A DNA stretch of 64,000 bases, from assembly GCA_051294375.1 (NCBI GenBank), contig CM119269.1, positions 9,365,274-9,429,273 on the forward strand. Reading direction: 5' to 3'. The translations under genes and the position numbers were made by a program. Every line of letters begins with the position of its first letter. The first letter of the stretch is position 1. The notes under the pieces were generated by a model, which had not been told where the DNA came from, did no database searches, and saw nothing but the letters and a program-made list of their open reading frames with translations. This DNA is from Paraspadella gotoi (Eukaryota; Animalia; Chaetognatha). Positions 1-20,612 of the stretch are shown in pieces.

Positions 1-993
1 AGCATTGAGAAACAGCTTGAAAGCACAGAGATAAATCGAGAAGATCTCATGGCCCTTTCCAACGGATCATCCAATCATTCACCGTCCCAACCAAACATGA
101 CTGAGGCTCTCACCATTGAAACAACAGAGTCAGAGCTGCCTTCTTCTGTATGTATTGTTAATAACTGGAGCACAGGAAGCGATTTGGCTGCCAAAGAAGA
201 CCATGTATTTTCTACATCCGAAAATGAAGATCCTCGGCTTCTCTCACCATCTGATAGCGATTTGATGAGCAAGAAAGATTCTCAGTTAGCCTCACCAAAT
301 CAAAGCATCCAAGCCATGGAAGCTGATCCACAATTGAAGTCTCCCTCTCATACTGACCTCGGTGACAAGAAAGAACCCCAGCCTCCAATTCTTTCTCCTT
401 CCATAAGCGAAAACTCGCACTCATCTTCCGCGTGTGAATCGACATGCAGTTTGAAGACCACCATTTCTTTGAGTCCACCACATCTGGAACGGCCTGTGCG
501 TATGTCCAGGTTTGAAGCCTTTGCTCGCGAATCAGAACGCGTGTCTACTCAAGAATCCAACTCTTCGAAGGAAAGATTTTCCATTTCAGAGATTCATACA
601 AAACTGAGAGCGACACCCGAACCTCAAAAGAAGAGGCCCATCGCCAGAAGGATCTCCTCAACGGATCGGGCTCAGAGCCAAATCAATCCGGTTCAGGGAA
701 ACATGGAGTTGGAGAACAAGAGTTTGGTCAAGCAGGTCAAAGCCAGCATCAATTCCGCTTTTTCCTCGTTAAAGAGTCAGGCTTCTGATGATGTGTTCTT
801 TTCTCGGGATGCAGAAAGGGGGAGGGAGCGGGACATCCCACGGGATGGACATTGGGAAGGGACGAATTTTAGTGAAAGGGAGAGCAAAATTATCAATCAG
901 TTAGGTTGTAAAATAGATAGCTCAAGGGATAGTTTACAAAACGAGCTACCTCCAGTGATGTCGTCCAACACTCAAAGATTAAATTTGGATTAA
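1..993 (+). CDS. 5'-partial Ser/Pro/Glu-rich, probably disordered C-terminal coding exon of an unidentified protein
   Basis: Frame is open from base 1 (AGC ATT GAG AAA...) to TAA at 991-993, about 330 codons without a stop in AT-rich DNA; no recognisable domain. Confidence 0.6.
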   Translation, partial: SIEKQLESTEINREDLMALSNGSSNHSPSQPNMTEALTIETTESELPSSVCIVNNWSTGSDLAAKEDHVFSTSENEDPRLLSPSDSDLMSKKDSQLASPNQSIQAMEADPQLKSPSHTDLGDKKEPQPPILSPSISENSHSSSACESTCSLKTTISLSPPHLERPVRMSRFEAFARESERVSTQESNSSKERFSISEIHTKLRATPEPQKKRPIARRISSTDRAQSQINPVQGNMELENKSLVKQVKASINSAFSSLKSQASDDVFFSRDAERGRERDIPRDGHWEGTNFSERESKIINQLGCKIDSSRDSLQNELPPVMSSNTQRLNLD

Positions 994-1269
994 ATCATCT
1001 TTTTTTTAAAAAAAAACGCGGTCATTCTTCTTAATTCGCGGGGAGCAGACTAGTTTTAAATGTTTTTTAAGATTAGTTGAAATGATTTATAGATTTCTAA
1101 CAGCACATATTAGATTTTTATTTTCGAGTGAAAAAGGTAAACCGCCATGCCTTATCTTTGTCCCAATGTTGCTTCATAGCTTCGCTTGTAAGATATGAAA
1201 ATCTTAAAGCTCAATCTGTTTTTTTCCTGTGTGGTTGCATTGTTTAATTTCGTTTTTTTTTATGTACTA

Positions 1270-3440
1270 ATAAAAATGGTTAAATGCAATATGTCTATCT
1301 TTAAAGTTCAAACCATTAAATTTGCTAGTCATTCAGAGGGATATTTCTGAAAAAAAAAGAAGCAAGTGAATAGCCATAAAAAATGCTAAAAACAATTTAT
1401 CAAGTTTAATAAAAATTATAAAAAGAAATAAAATTATTTAAACTTTTTTATATCAATTTTTATCATACTTTGATTCATCTTGATGGTACTATAGAGAAAA
1501 CAGTATGAGTACAGTAGAGTTAAAATTTTAATTTTTTAGATAAATAATTTGTCTTATGTAATAGAAATAGGAAAAATACTAAGTGGAAAAAGAGATCACG
1601 AAAAACTTAAAATAGAGTGAAAGACACATGGACATTGGACAATTGATAGATCGTGATTTTGAAAAAAATATCAGATTTAGGCCTGTGATTTTAACGTAAA
1701 AAAGATCAAAGATCAAAGCAAAATTTTTCTAAAAGTCTGAATACCAAGTGGTAAAATCATTCTTAGACAGAATAAAGCTTTAAATCAGAATGATCCTGAA
1801 ATTTACAAATGCACCAAAGTTGGAATCTTACTTCTAGGCTTCCGTTGTTTGCTCAAAATTCATAGAAAAAAAGTATACTAGCAATTGGAAAAATTAATAA
1901 AACGTTGATTAAGTTATAACTTTTATACCGTTCATTATCAATACATTCTATATAATCATTCAATATTTTCACCAATTTTTGGCGAGAATTTTTGTCACTC
2001 GATTGCTTTTCTATATTTTTGATCAACACTCTAAAAAATGAAAAGGTTGGTGACTGAGATGGGACTTCAACAGAAATCAAATTGGAAAAGAATGCAGAAA
2101 TAAAATAAGTCAATGTATTATTCATAAACCGGCTGTAAAAAGTTTTATTTGTTTGGTCAGTCGAAAATAAAATTTTATGAGAAAAAATATTAAAAAATAA
2201 AATCATTACGATTCCTAACTTAAACAAAAGGTGAATCTGAATTTTTTTTATGACTTTTGTTAGCATGAAACCTATCCATACAAACGTCGAAAAAAGTGAA
2301 ATCCCTAAAAAGAACAAATATGATTCATACATTATGAACATAGCGACAATTTGATTCTTGTAAAAGGTCAATGGTTCCAAACCGTAAGATCTTAAAAATA
2401 TATTTTCCACGTCTTTCCTCAACTCAGATTTATTTTTGTCAGAAAGGATACAAACGGTAGGCCACTAAAAACCAATCCAATTGGGCTTATCATGCCAATG
2501 AGCACAATAAGTCCGATCAATCTGAAAGACCATTTTTCGCCCAGTGATAAATACGTCCAGCTTTTTTCGACATATGCCTCCAGAAATGAGATCACAAAGT
2601 TCATCGCAAGAAAAGCGCAAGGAAAATTGGTCATTGTTGTAAAGCTTCTGTAAAGTTGTCTTTAGATGAGAATAAAAGGTTTTTGTCAATTTTTTGGTAG
2701 CACCACTTTTTTTTGCAGTGACTCAACCCCAAGGTTTGAAATATGAGCTCATAATTTAGAGTCGCGTGTAAATTGAGGCTTATGATAGTCAGGGGCATCA
2801 AAAAAGCTGTCAAAACAAAACTATTTTATCCCGTTTGTTTCTTGTCGACAATAAAGAAAATGCATACAACCCAGAAAGACTGGAATCCAAAAGCAAAAGC
2901 CACAGAATCGTTGAATGCTTTGGAGTCAGAAACTCATAATTTCCCAGTGCTGTGGATAAAAACCCCTGAAGCCCCAGAGGCTTATGCTTAGCTATGTAAG
3001 CATCGCATGACATCATTTCATCTTTAAAATGTACCTTTGCCCATCGGGTTTTGTCAATCAATCCTCTGGTTGTAAAACAAACATGTTTTTGAATGCTGAT
3101 GTAGATCCCCAAGGGTGGTGGATATTTTCTCATGTGATAAACTAATTTAGGAGTTTGGAACGGCGACTTATTTCTTCTTAAGTCTTTTGAGTGACCAAAG
3201 TTGCGTTCCATGATTTCTTCTTTGTCACTTTGAAAAAAGAAAGAGACTATAAAAAATGTCCACGAAGTCATGAGGAGAAGTTGAGCAAGAGAAGTTGTTC
3301 GCTTTGCTGAATGTTTTAAAAAAACATTTTTTTCATTGTTCTGATCTGATGGCAAATCATATTTGGACCAGAACAAATGGACCTGTAGCGGGTATTGCTC
3401 GGGTTCACCCAGCGAACCAACTTTTTTTCTTCAGTCATTA
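1270..3440 (-). pseudogene. Intronless multi-pass membrane protein broken by several single-base deletions (assembly errors or pseudogene)
   Basis: ORFs 3376-2810, 2813-2631, 2634-2419 and 2422-1853 abut and fuse if one base is added at each junction (e.g. GTT TTG TTT [T]TG ACA). Many hydrophobic Phe/Ile/Leu segments. The same-direction shifts seem to continue to ~1270; boundaries are approximate. Confidence 0.5.
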
Positions 3441-3477
3441 TCAAATAGACAAAAGTTCATAGGTTTAAAACTCTTTC

Positions 3478-3900
3478 TGCTTATCAGCAGATCCCGACTC
3501 TATAATCCACTTTGTGGGTCCGTCGGTCCGCCCCCTCATTCTTGTCGGTCACTTAAAATTATGATAAATTATGCAAAATTATGTCCGTCTGTCAGTCTGT
3601 CTGTCTGCCTGTCTGCCTGTCAGTCCTTCCTTCCGTCCGAATTAAATTTTGTGTGTAGGTGTATGATTGAGCTGAAAATAAAGTTTCTGGGGAATCGTGT
3701 GAGTGGAAATGAATTTAAATGGAAAAAAACATAAGAAACATTTACCTAAATATTTTTACCAATTTTAACGCATAATTATTCTAATAAATCATAATTGGAT
3801 GGATAGATTAAGATGAAGTTTTGTGTGTGGGTAGGAAAGTGTGTGATTGATCAGGATATAAAGTTCCGATGGGATTGTACCAGTAAAATCATCCATAAAA
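3478..3900. mobile_element. Non-autonomous interspersed repeat with (GTCY)n microsatellite, Helentron-associated (HINE/DINE-1-like) appearance
   Basis: gactctataa...gtccgtcggtc start plus gtctgtctgtctgcc run; related copies at 58290-58376 (-), 60685-60750 and 61018-61100 (+). Confidence 0.35.
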
Positions 3901-3928
3901 AGAGAAAAGAAAGGAGAAAAAAAAATAA

Positions 3929-3959
<31 letters not shown>

Positions 3960-4090
3960 GAGAATAAATAAATAAAATACTCATAGTAATGAAGTTAAGT
4001 AGGTATTAATAATAAATAAATATAATAAATAAAAAAAAAAAAAAAAAAAAATAAATAAATAAATAAATAAATAATATAAATATAATAGAA

Positions 4091-12476
<8,386 letters not shown>

Positions 12477-12830
12477 CAAATTAAACATTACTTTTTTTGT
12501 TATTCTAACAATTTTTAAAATTTTAAAATTTAGATTTTTTTTAGTGTATATATTTAATCATTTTTATTCTTTTTTAAAATAATAATTATTTGAGTTGGGA
12601 TAAATATTTATAAATTAGTTAAATATGCAAATATGAAATTTGACCTCGGTCTGGTTTCTTCTTAAAAAAAAGAACAATCTAAAATTTCATTCAAGATTAA
12701 AACTTTTTTAAGATGAGGACAAAAATTTTTTTTAATAAGTAAAAAAATATATAGAAAGGAAAAGATTCGTCCCTACTCAGATAGTCGAAAAACGAGTTCA
12801 GTCTCTGCAGGGCGGTCCAGCTTCTCTCTA

Positions 12831-12887
<57 letters not shown>

Positions 12888-13045
12888 CTCTCTTTTTTTT
12901 TTCTTCTATTTATTCCGCCATTTATTCCGCGCTTTTTTCTCAATACAAAATCCCAAATTTACATCCGAGATTTTCGTGAATTTTTTTTCTAAAAATTTGA
13001 TTATTCTTTATATAAACGAGAGTGAAAAACTGACCAGCCTCTCTA

Positions 13046-13097
<52 letters not shown>

Positions 13098-13124
13098 ATT
13101 CATACACGATTTGTTTGTTATTTA

Positions 13125-13340
13125 CGATGAATGACTCATCGCGTCATGAATGACTATCATCGCATCAATGAATGATTATCATCATATCAATGAATGATTA
13201 TCATCACATCAATGAATGACATACATCGCATCAATCATTTGATTATCATCACATCAGTTATTTTATTATCTTCGCATCAATATTGGTTATCATCGCATCA
13301 ATATTTAGTTATCATCGCATTAATATTGTGTTACCATCGA
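13125..13340. repeat. ~22-bp minisatellite (aatgaatgactatcatcgcatc)n
   Basis: About nine degenerate tandem units; two more at ~13520-13565. Confidence 0.8.
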
Positions 13341-13438
13341 AAGCTGGCTTGTGATCCCATGCTGTTTTAAGATTTTTCCTAAAAATCTGATGCGTTTCGG
13401 TTGCGGCAAAACTGTCCAGCCTCTCTCTCCTCTCTCCT

Positions 13439-13487
<49 letters not shown>

Positions 13488-13629
13488 ACTCATACACGCA
13501 TTTGTTTGTTTTATTTACGATTGAATGAATGACTATCATCGCATCAATGAATGACTATCATCATGGCTTGATCCTTATGCTTTTAAGATTTTTTTTTATA
13601 GGAATCCGTTCTGAAAAAAAAACTATATC

Positions 13630-13630
<1 letters not shown>

Positions 13631-13715
<85 letters not shown>

Positions 13716-13716
13716 T
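13631..13716. repeat. (AAT)n microsatellite
   Basis: Perfect taa repeat run. Confidence 0.95.
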
Positions 13717-14851
13717 TTATTAATCAATTATCCTAGATATCTCATTTCTTTAAAAAATATTTATTATTTGGTCAAATTGGACGATCGGTCGCAATTGAAA
13801 AGAACCCGCGACCCGAATTACAACTTTTTTTGATCTGTCGGTCGACCCAAATTATTTTGATGGCAAAAGATATAATCTTCATTACAAAAGTTGTCGAAAA
13901 TATTGTATTATAAAATATAAAGAGTAAAAACATTAAAAATTTTCTAAATAGACTTTATAGTATATTCCTTTTTCGTCCTTTAAAATTAAAAAAGCTTTAT
14001 TTTTACTATAACACTTGTTAAGATAAACATTGTAAACTTTGCGAGGACAAAAATAACTCGTAAGATCATCCGATTAAAAAGATAACGATACTAATTCTCT
14101 AACAACTGAGAAGGGAATGAAAAGGAGGACGTAAACGAATCAACTAATCAAGTTTAAGCCTTAATTAAAGAAAACCGATTGAGACTCAATAAAAAAAATA
14201 GATCAAAAAGAAGCAAAAAAAGAGCAGAAGAAGAGCAAAGTAAAAAAAAGCATAAAATAACGACGGGAGTTGAACCGCTGACCTCAGTTTCGTGATTGAT
14301 GTGTTGTTGTCGTGATGCGCGGCTTCGTCGTCGTCGTCGTCGTCATCGTCGTCGCTGTCGCACCGAAAGGTGACCCTCTTATCAGGAGGTCAACTTCTAA
14401 TTTTCATCTTTTTTGGCATCGAATTCACAAGAAAAGACTAAAAAACCAAAAATGAATCCTATTTTGAATCTCGGGTTCTTTATTTTTTTTCTGTCGGCGA
14501 CTCACGCCTTTCCGACAGGAGTCGTGGAAGGTAAGTAAATTAATAATTATATTAATAATTTAATATACATATTCATTGCTATTTTTCAAAAAAATTAAGA
14601 ACAAAAACTGAGACGTGGACGAGAGGATTATCACTAGTCATCTCTCTTATTGTTATTATTGTCGTTATTGTCACCCTTTTTACTGTTGTTATTGTTTTAG
14701 TTATTGTTATAGTATTCATATTTTTTTTATTTCTCAGAGACTCACCAACATCAGCATGGGGATCATGTTCACGAGGTCGATGGGGCAGTTCACAAGCCTT
14801 TTGACCAAGGTGAGAGTTAGAGAGAGAGAGAGAGACAGAGAGGGAGAGAGA

Positions 14852-14892
<41 letters not shown>

Positions 14893-16475
14893 AACCGTAT
14901 TTTTCTCACTCTAGTTCACCGTCATCCGCACAACGATCACGTTCACGTTCATCCTCACCCACATCATTTAGACGACGAGGGTAAGTTCAATTCATTTAAT
15001 GGCATTAAACTACATTAAATTGCAATTTGACTTTGACTTTTACTATTTTATGCTACTTTTTCTTGAAAGTTTAGCCAACGAAGTGTTCGCAAACGTTTAA
15101 TTTTACTTTTTTCTATACCAGCCCACATTGTATGCCCTATTTCAATGATGTTGTTTTTCGGTTGCTAGGGGACGGACACATGATGCACGAGCACGATCAC
15201 GGAGATCACGTTCACATCGTCGACACGGAGCACGAGGAAGGTGAGAGGGGAACTTACCAACTATCTCACCTCGAATTTCTGATAAATTTTATATTAAATA
15301 ATTATTGAATTATATAATAATAAATACACAGGAGAAGAGATGAAGGATCACGTTCACAGAGAAGCAGATTTTGTTCGCTTCGTCGACGGAGATCATGAAG
15401 AGGGTGAGATCGTTAGGTCACGTCATGTAACGTCATGTCACATAATATGGTATGTCATGTCATGTCATGTTCTTTCTTTTCAGGTGAAGAGGAAACTACC
15501 AAACATATTCACGACACCGGAGAAGGAATTTCTTTCGCCACTGGAGATCACGAACAGGGTAAGTAAAAAAAGTGAGCTTTTTATTTTATTGAGCATGTTT
15601 TCATTAATTCTCTAATAAAATGGGTAAAATGTGGTGGTATATTCACACCACCTCACGTCCACCATTGGCTCAGACGGGGAACACACCATCCCAGCCGTTG
15701 TGTTCCATCCACAGTCCTTACGACTTCCCTCTGCGTTGGCAAAGCGAGACCGTCCTAGGGTAACCGCGCCACTGACTAGATGCGCCACTGAGGGTCCGAA
15801 GCCCCCATTGCCAACAGTGAGATGCCCCATCCCAATTGGCGTCACAGGCAACCCGGCTGTTGCCATAAAAACTAATTAAAATTATCCGTTTCTTTAATAA
15901 ACAAGCTAACTTGACCCCTGAGGCAGGCAATGCTCGGTTAAAACCCACATCCCTTTTACAAAATAATAAAACAGCAGAATGTTGGATGTTTCACCTATAA
16001 TTTGTGACAATGTCGAAATTTTGAATTTGACTTCGCATTTACTGTCATCGTTATTTTCTTTTAATTTCATTGTTTTTCATTTTTATTGTAGGTGAGGCCG
16101 GTTACTCTATTAAAATTTCAATATGAAACAAATTTCTCATTGTCTTGCAGGAGAAGATATTTACAAACATTTACATCACGAGCCAGGTCGGACGGACACG
16201 TTCACAGGACCCCACGAGGAAGGTGAGAAGACGTAATTTCTAAGAATGAATAACGAGGCTGCCTCACTCTCTTGAGGCAAAATTATTCCATGTCTTAACT
16301 GAATATTTATCTCTGCGCATTTAATCAGTGAAAGAAAAAGAAAGGATTAAATTTATCAATAATAGATGAAGAAACAAGGAAATAATTTTCCCAGTACACC
16401 TGCTCTCTCTATCTCTCTCTCAGGCGAAACGGCAGCCGGTCATGCTCACGCTCACGAGGGTCATCGACATAAAAT

Positions 16476-16772
16476 CCCCGGACCTCACGTCGATAACGAA
16501 GAAAGCGGTAAGATTCACATTTGTGAGCCGGTGGGGTTTAACGTAACCCTAAATAAGCCGCATTTCGGTCTGTCACCCCGGACCTCACGTCGATGACGAA
16601 GAAAGCAGTGAGATTCACATTTGTGAGACGGTGCAGTTTAACGTAGCCCTAAATAAGCCACTTTTCGATCTGTCACCCCGGACCTCACGTCGATGACGAA
16701 GAAAGCGGTGAGATTCACATTTGTGAGACGGTTGAGTTTAACGTAACCCTAAATAAGCCGCATTTTGGTCTT
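16476..16772 (+). repeat. Three ~100-bp tandem copies of the 3' end of exon 8 plus its splice donor
   Basis: ccccggacctcacgtcgatRacgaagaaagcRgtRagattcacatttgtgag...aaataagcc repeated at ~16476, 16576, 16676. Confidence 0.85.
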
Positions 16773-16816
16773 TCTGTCTGTCGATCTTTCCAGAGCCGTA
16801 TGTAATTTGGAGATAA

Positions 16817-19290
16817 GACACGGTGCAAGTTAATGTGGCGAAACCTACCCATGCAAAATTTTAGCATATTTTTTTATCTGTGAGCCAAACTTGAAGCTGT
16901 ATATTAATAATACCGCACGAGTTTGGTTTTACCAAACCTCTTTTACTTTCACCATAACCCTCCCTTATCTACAAAAAAGAAAAATGAGTAAAAAAGCAAT
17001 AAAAAGCAGACTCGAGGTAGTAAAAATCTCTGTTAAAATTTTATACTGCTTGATTTGTCAGTTAAACCATATAGCCAAAAAATATTATAAATGATTATAA
17101 TTTTACACCAAATAATAGTTGAGACCAAGATCGTACTTTCTGATCCATTATTTGATAATTTTGAATTAAGAAACAATAAGTTTTGGATCAATCAGTTTGA
17201 AAACTAAAATTACAAATTTTTTTTCCATTTTTTCAAGATTTGACTTTCTTTTTTTACTGTGTTCCTTATGTAATGCGGTAAACAATAAGGAAGACATTTT
17301 GAGTTAGGTCATGTTATTGCAATCATGTGTTTATATTTTGAAACTGTTCGAACTCCAACTTCTATACTATAAACATTTTTATTTATTAAAAAAATAGGAA
17401 AAAAACATTTTCGAAAAAAAGATTTTGAGTTTTGAGAATTTTAGATCTGGAAATAGGGTACGAATTTTGCATTTTCAAAAAAATCAGCTTGTAGATATTT
17501 GATTTTGCTACAATCTGATTTTTTTTCTTTTTTTGATAACTTGTAATTTAGAGGAGAAATAAAATTCTCAATGAGCATAGGTCATATTGATTTTTTTTTC
17601 AATTTTTTTGTAGTTGTTGTAAATACTTTTACCTGTAAAGAGACAAATAGGGAGAGTAAAGTAGGAAAAAGTCAGGAGATAAAAAAAAGTTGAGGAAAAA
17701 TATAAAAGCGAGAAGGAGAAAGAGAGAGAGAGAGAGAGAGAGAAGGGTGAAGTGAAGGTTTGGAATCAAAATTTAGCAGTTATATCTTGAAAACCATTAT
17801 ATTAATAAATATTAATCTGTAGTTATTTTTTTTTACAAATATAGTAGCCCAGTATGTATATAGTAGTACCCTTATATAATGTCGAAATTTTAAAATGTTT
17901 TTTTTTTAAATTCTGAGAACAGATTCAGATTCCTCGTTAAAAGTTGATATAAAAAAGTATAATTCTTTTTCAAAAATTATGTCATTTAGTAGGTTAAAAT
18001 TTAAAAAAACAATATTTTTAAGCTGGAAACTGAAAATCGGCATCTTAGTTTTTTATATTTTTGACCAACTTAATGAAAGATTTTTTAAAAAAGAATTATA
18101 CTTTCTTATATAAACTTTTTGCAAGGAATCCAAATCCGATCTTAAAATTTAAAAATTTGCATTTTGAAATTTTGAAAATTTATTTATACTTATTATTATA
18201 TTTATAAAAAGTGAAGCAATTGTTTTTTTAACAACAGATCTTCGCCACAATTGTTTCCAAGTCAAAGAGATTGAGCGAAGGTAAAAAATATCATTAAATA
18301 AATCAATAAATAAATTGAGAATTGTATGATGCATGTGTTGTGAGGAATCTCCCAGCAGCTGGCGCTCAGGGCTTTGGACCTGCATTGATCACCCCAGGTC
18401 ACTGGCGTGTTTATACTAGCACCATCACACTTAACCAGTGTGACCGTGATGTAATTGAACTTGGAACACACAGTTGTTAAGCTAGTACTTAGCTTTCAAA
18501 GCTAAAGAGACTAGCTCATTTGAATCAAACTTTACGACCGCGACAATATTTTTGCAGCAAAATCTTTTGAGATAAAAATTCGACACAGAGAGGCTCTAAA
18601 ACTTTTAAGCAATTTGGATTGATTCAAATTTTTTATTTTGTTTTTTCATGTGAATTGATTTTTAATATTAATTAACTATGTTCATGTTTGCCCCAACCTT
18701 TATTTCTTCATTCATACATAAAATGAAATAAATTTCTTCTGTCATGCTATTTAGAATTAAAAAAATAAATTTATTTTTAGGGATAAGAAAACATCTTCAT
18801 TGACTGATTAAAGGAAAAAATTAAAAATTAAAAATTAAATATTTTTAATGGTTTCTTTATAAGCTGTAAATAGACCGGAGTAAACTATGAAATATAAAAC
18901 TAAAAAGTAGAATAAATTTTTGGTTTAAAGTATTATTTTTAAAGAATAAACTAGTTATATTTTTTATTTATAAAAATTAAAACACTATTTAAAAAAAATT
19001 TGAACCACTTAATTGAAGGTAAGCGACAAATTACAGCATGAGAAGTCCGCACCCTAATTTTTTCTCTCGTTATAAAAATAAAAATTATTTTAAAAAAAAT
19101 GTATTTATTTTTTTGTCCTTATCCTGTATTTAGTCATATCTTTCATACCGTATAAGATTTTGCATTAATATTTTTCGTACTTATCTAAAAAAACATGATG
19201 TTTCAGACAACCCATTCAAAGGCAAGATTTATAGTCACTGAATTTTTGTTATTTCTGCATAGACTCCGCCACGTTAACTTGCATCGTGTC
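16817..19290. mobile_element. Defective TIR DNA transposon (CAC-type ends) inside intron 8 of the His-rich gene
   Basis: Left gacacggtgcaagttaatgtggcg is the inverted match of right cgccacgttaacttgcatcgtgtc; internal minus-strand remnant CDGASINT...ERQLLG..HMHH (18330-18470) resembles the D(G/T)xxxNTG...CxHH signature of DDE transposases; no TSD seen. Confidence 0.65.
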
Positions 19291-19662
19291 ATAATATAAA
19301 GATTATCATTTAAAGATTATCAGCCTAAAATGAGTTGTATTCGAATTACTTACAAAGTTCGAAGTTTGTAAAAGAACTGAGGCTACAAGCTTGTAGCTTG
19401 TACAATATACATGCTTGTGCAAGCAGGTTCCACTACTGAGTTTCTCTCTTGTATCATCGCAGAATCGTGTTCAGACGAAGAGGACGACGACGACGACGAC
19501 GCCAGTCGTAAAAAGAGAGGTATTTATATTATAAATTATAATATGTCCTATTTATTCATTTACGGTATCTATCAATTAATTTATACATTTATCTAATTAA
19601 CTAAACATCTGGCTATTTTTTTAGTTACGGTATCTATCTAAGTATCTATCTATGTATCTATG

Positions 19663-19712
<50 letters not shown>

Positions 19713-20206
19713 CACTGTGGCGCAAAAAACCGAATTGGATGTCTAATTTTTTCTTTCACTTCCATTTTTCTTCTACTTTTTTTGTGCCAAAGTGTATCTA
19801 TCTATCATATATATCTATTTATCTGATAATCTATCGGTCTATCTGTGTTTCGATCTATTTATCTATCTTTTTTCTCTCTCCTCATCACAAGGAGTGATCA
19901 CCGACGAGCACCACACTCACAATGACGGTCTCCACAAAGGTCACACTCACGGCATAGATCACTCCGAACACGAAGATCATCACATTCACGAGTCTGGGTC
20001 TCACGAGGATCACGTTCACACCGACGATCACGAAGAGCACGTTCACGGTGAGACGCCGATCGTGAATTAATACATGGAAAAGGCAATTGCGAGTCGTCAT
20101 GATCATTTGTTTTCTTTTTCGTCAAACCTCGTTCTGAACTTTATTTGCATGTTAGTTTTTTTTTTTAAGTAAGAGAGTTATAATATAATGATCTATATAA
20201 CTTATA

Positions 20207-20488
20207 TGTGTGGATAAGGCGCTAAGTGGTCTGAAGATGACTATCCCTAACTTCTATATAACCCCCTTTTAGTAGCTATGGAACGGGTCCTGGGCTTGGA
20301 ACCAGGCTTGAGGGTTCGCCAAATCCCCAAGGCGGCTTACGGCCGTCCTCACTCTTCCCGCAGGGTAGGTACCGGGTTGGGATTGAACCCGGTACCTAGT
20401 GGTCATGAGCTTTACTCAATGAGCCACCGGGTCACAACTGAAAGAGTCATGCTTATAGGTGGGGTGAACCAAGGCAATGCCCGACTAC
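20207..20488 (+). repeat. ~280-bp hairpin-rich dispersed repeat (SINE-like or retroelement-end fragment), copy A
   Basis: Near-identical copy at 60133-60395 (+), diverged copy at ~43993-44203 (-); shared tggaacgggtcctg core also at ~5620-5750 (-). Confidence 0.8.
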
Positions 20489-20519
20489 ATATGGATCATT
20501 TACCAAATTTTCGTAGCGT

Positions 20520-20612
20520 ACTATTTTATCAGTGATCTCTCGACTATTTTATCAGTGATCTCTCGACTATTTTATCAGTGATCTCTCGACTATCAGTGAT
20601 CTCTCGACTATG
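20520..20612. repeat. ~24-bp tandem repeat (ctattttatcagtgatctctcga)
   Basis: About four adjacent units. Confidence 0.8.

Noticed and set aside
1853-3376. Bacterial-style operon with translationally coupled ATGA/TTGA overlaps, or TGA=Trp code
   Set aside because: TGA read-through at the first junction hits TAA within a few codons, no Shine-Dalgarno motifs were noticed, and single-base insertions fuse the ORFs, so frameshift errors explain it more simply.
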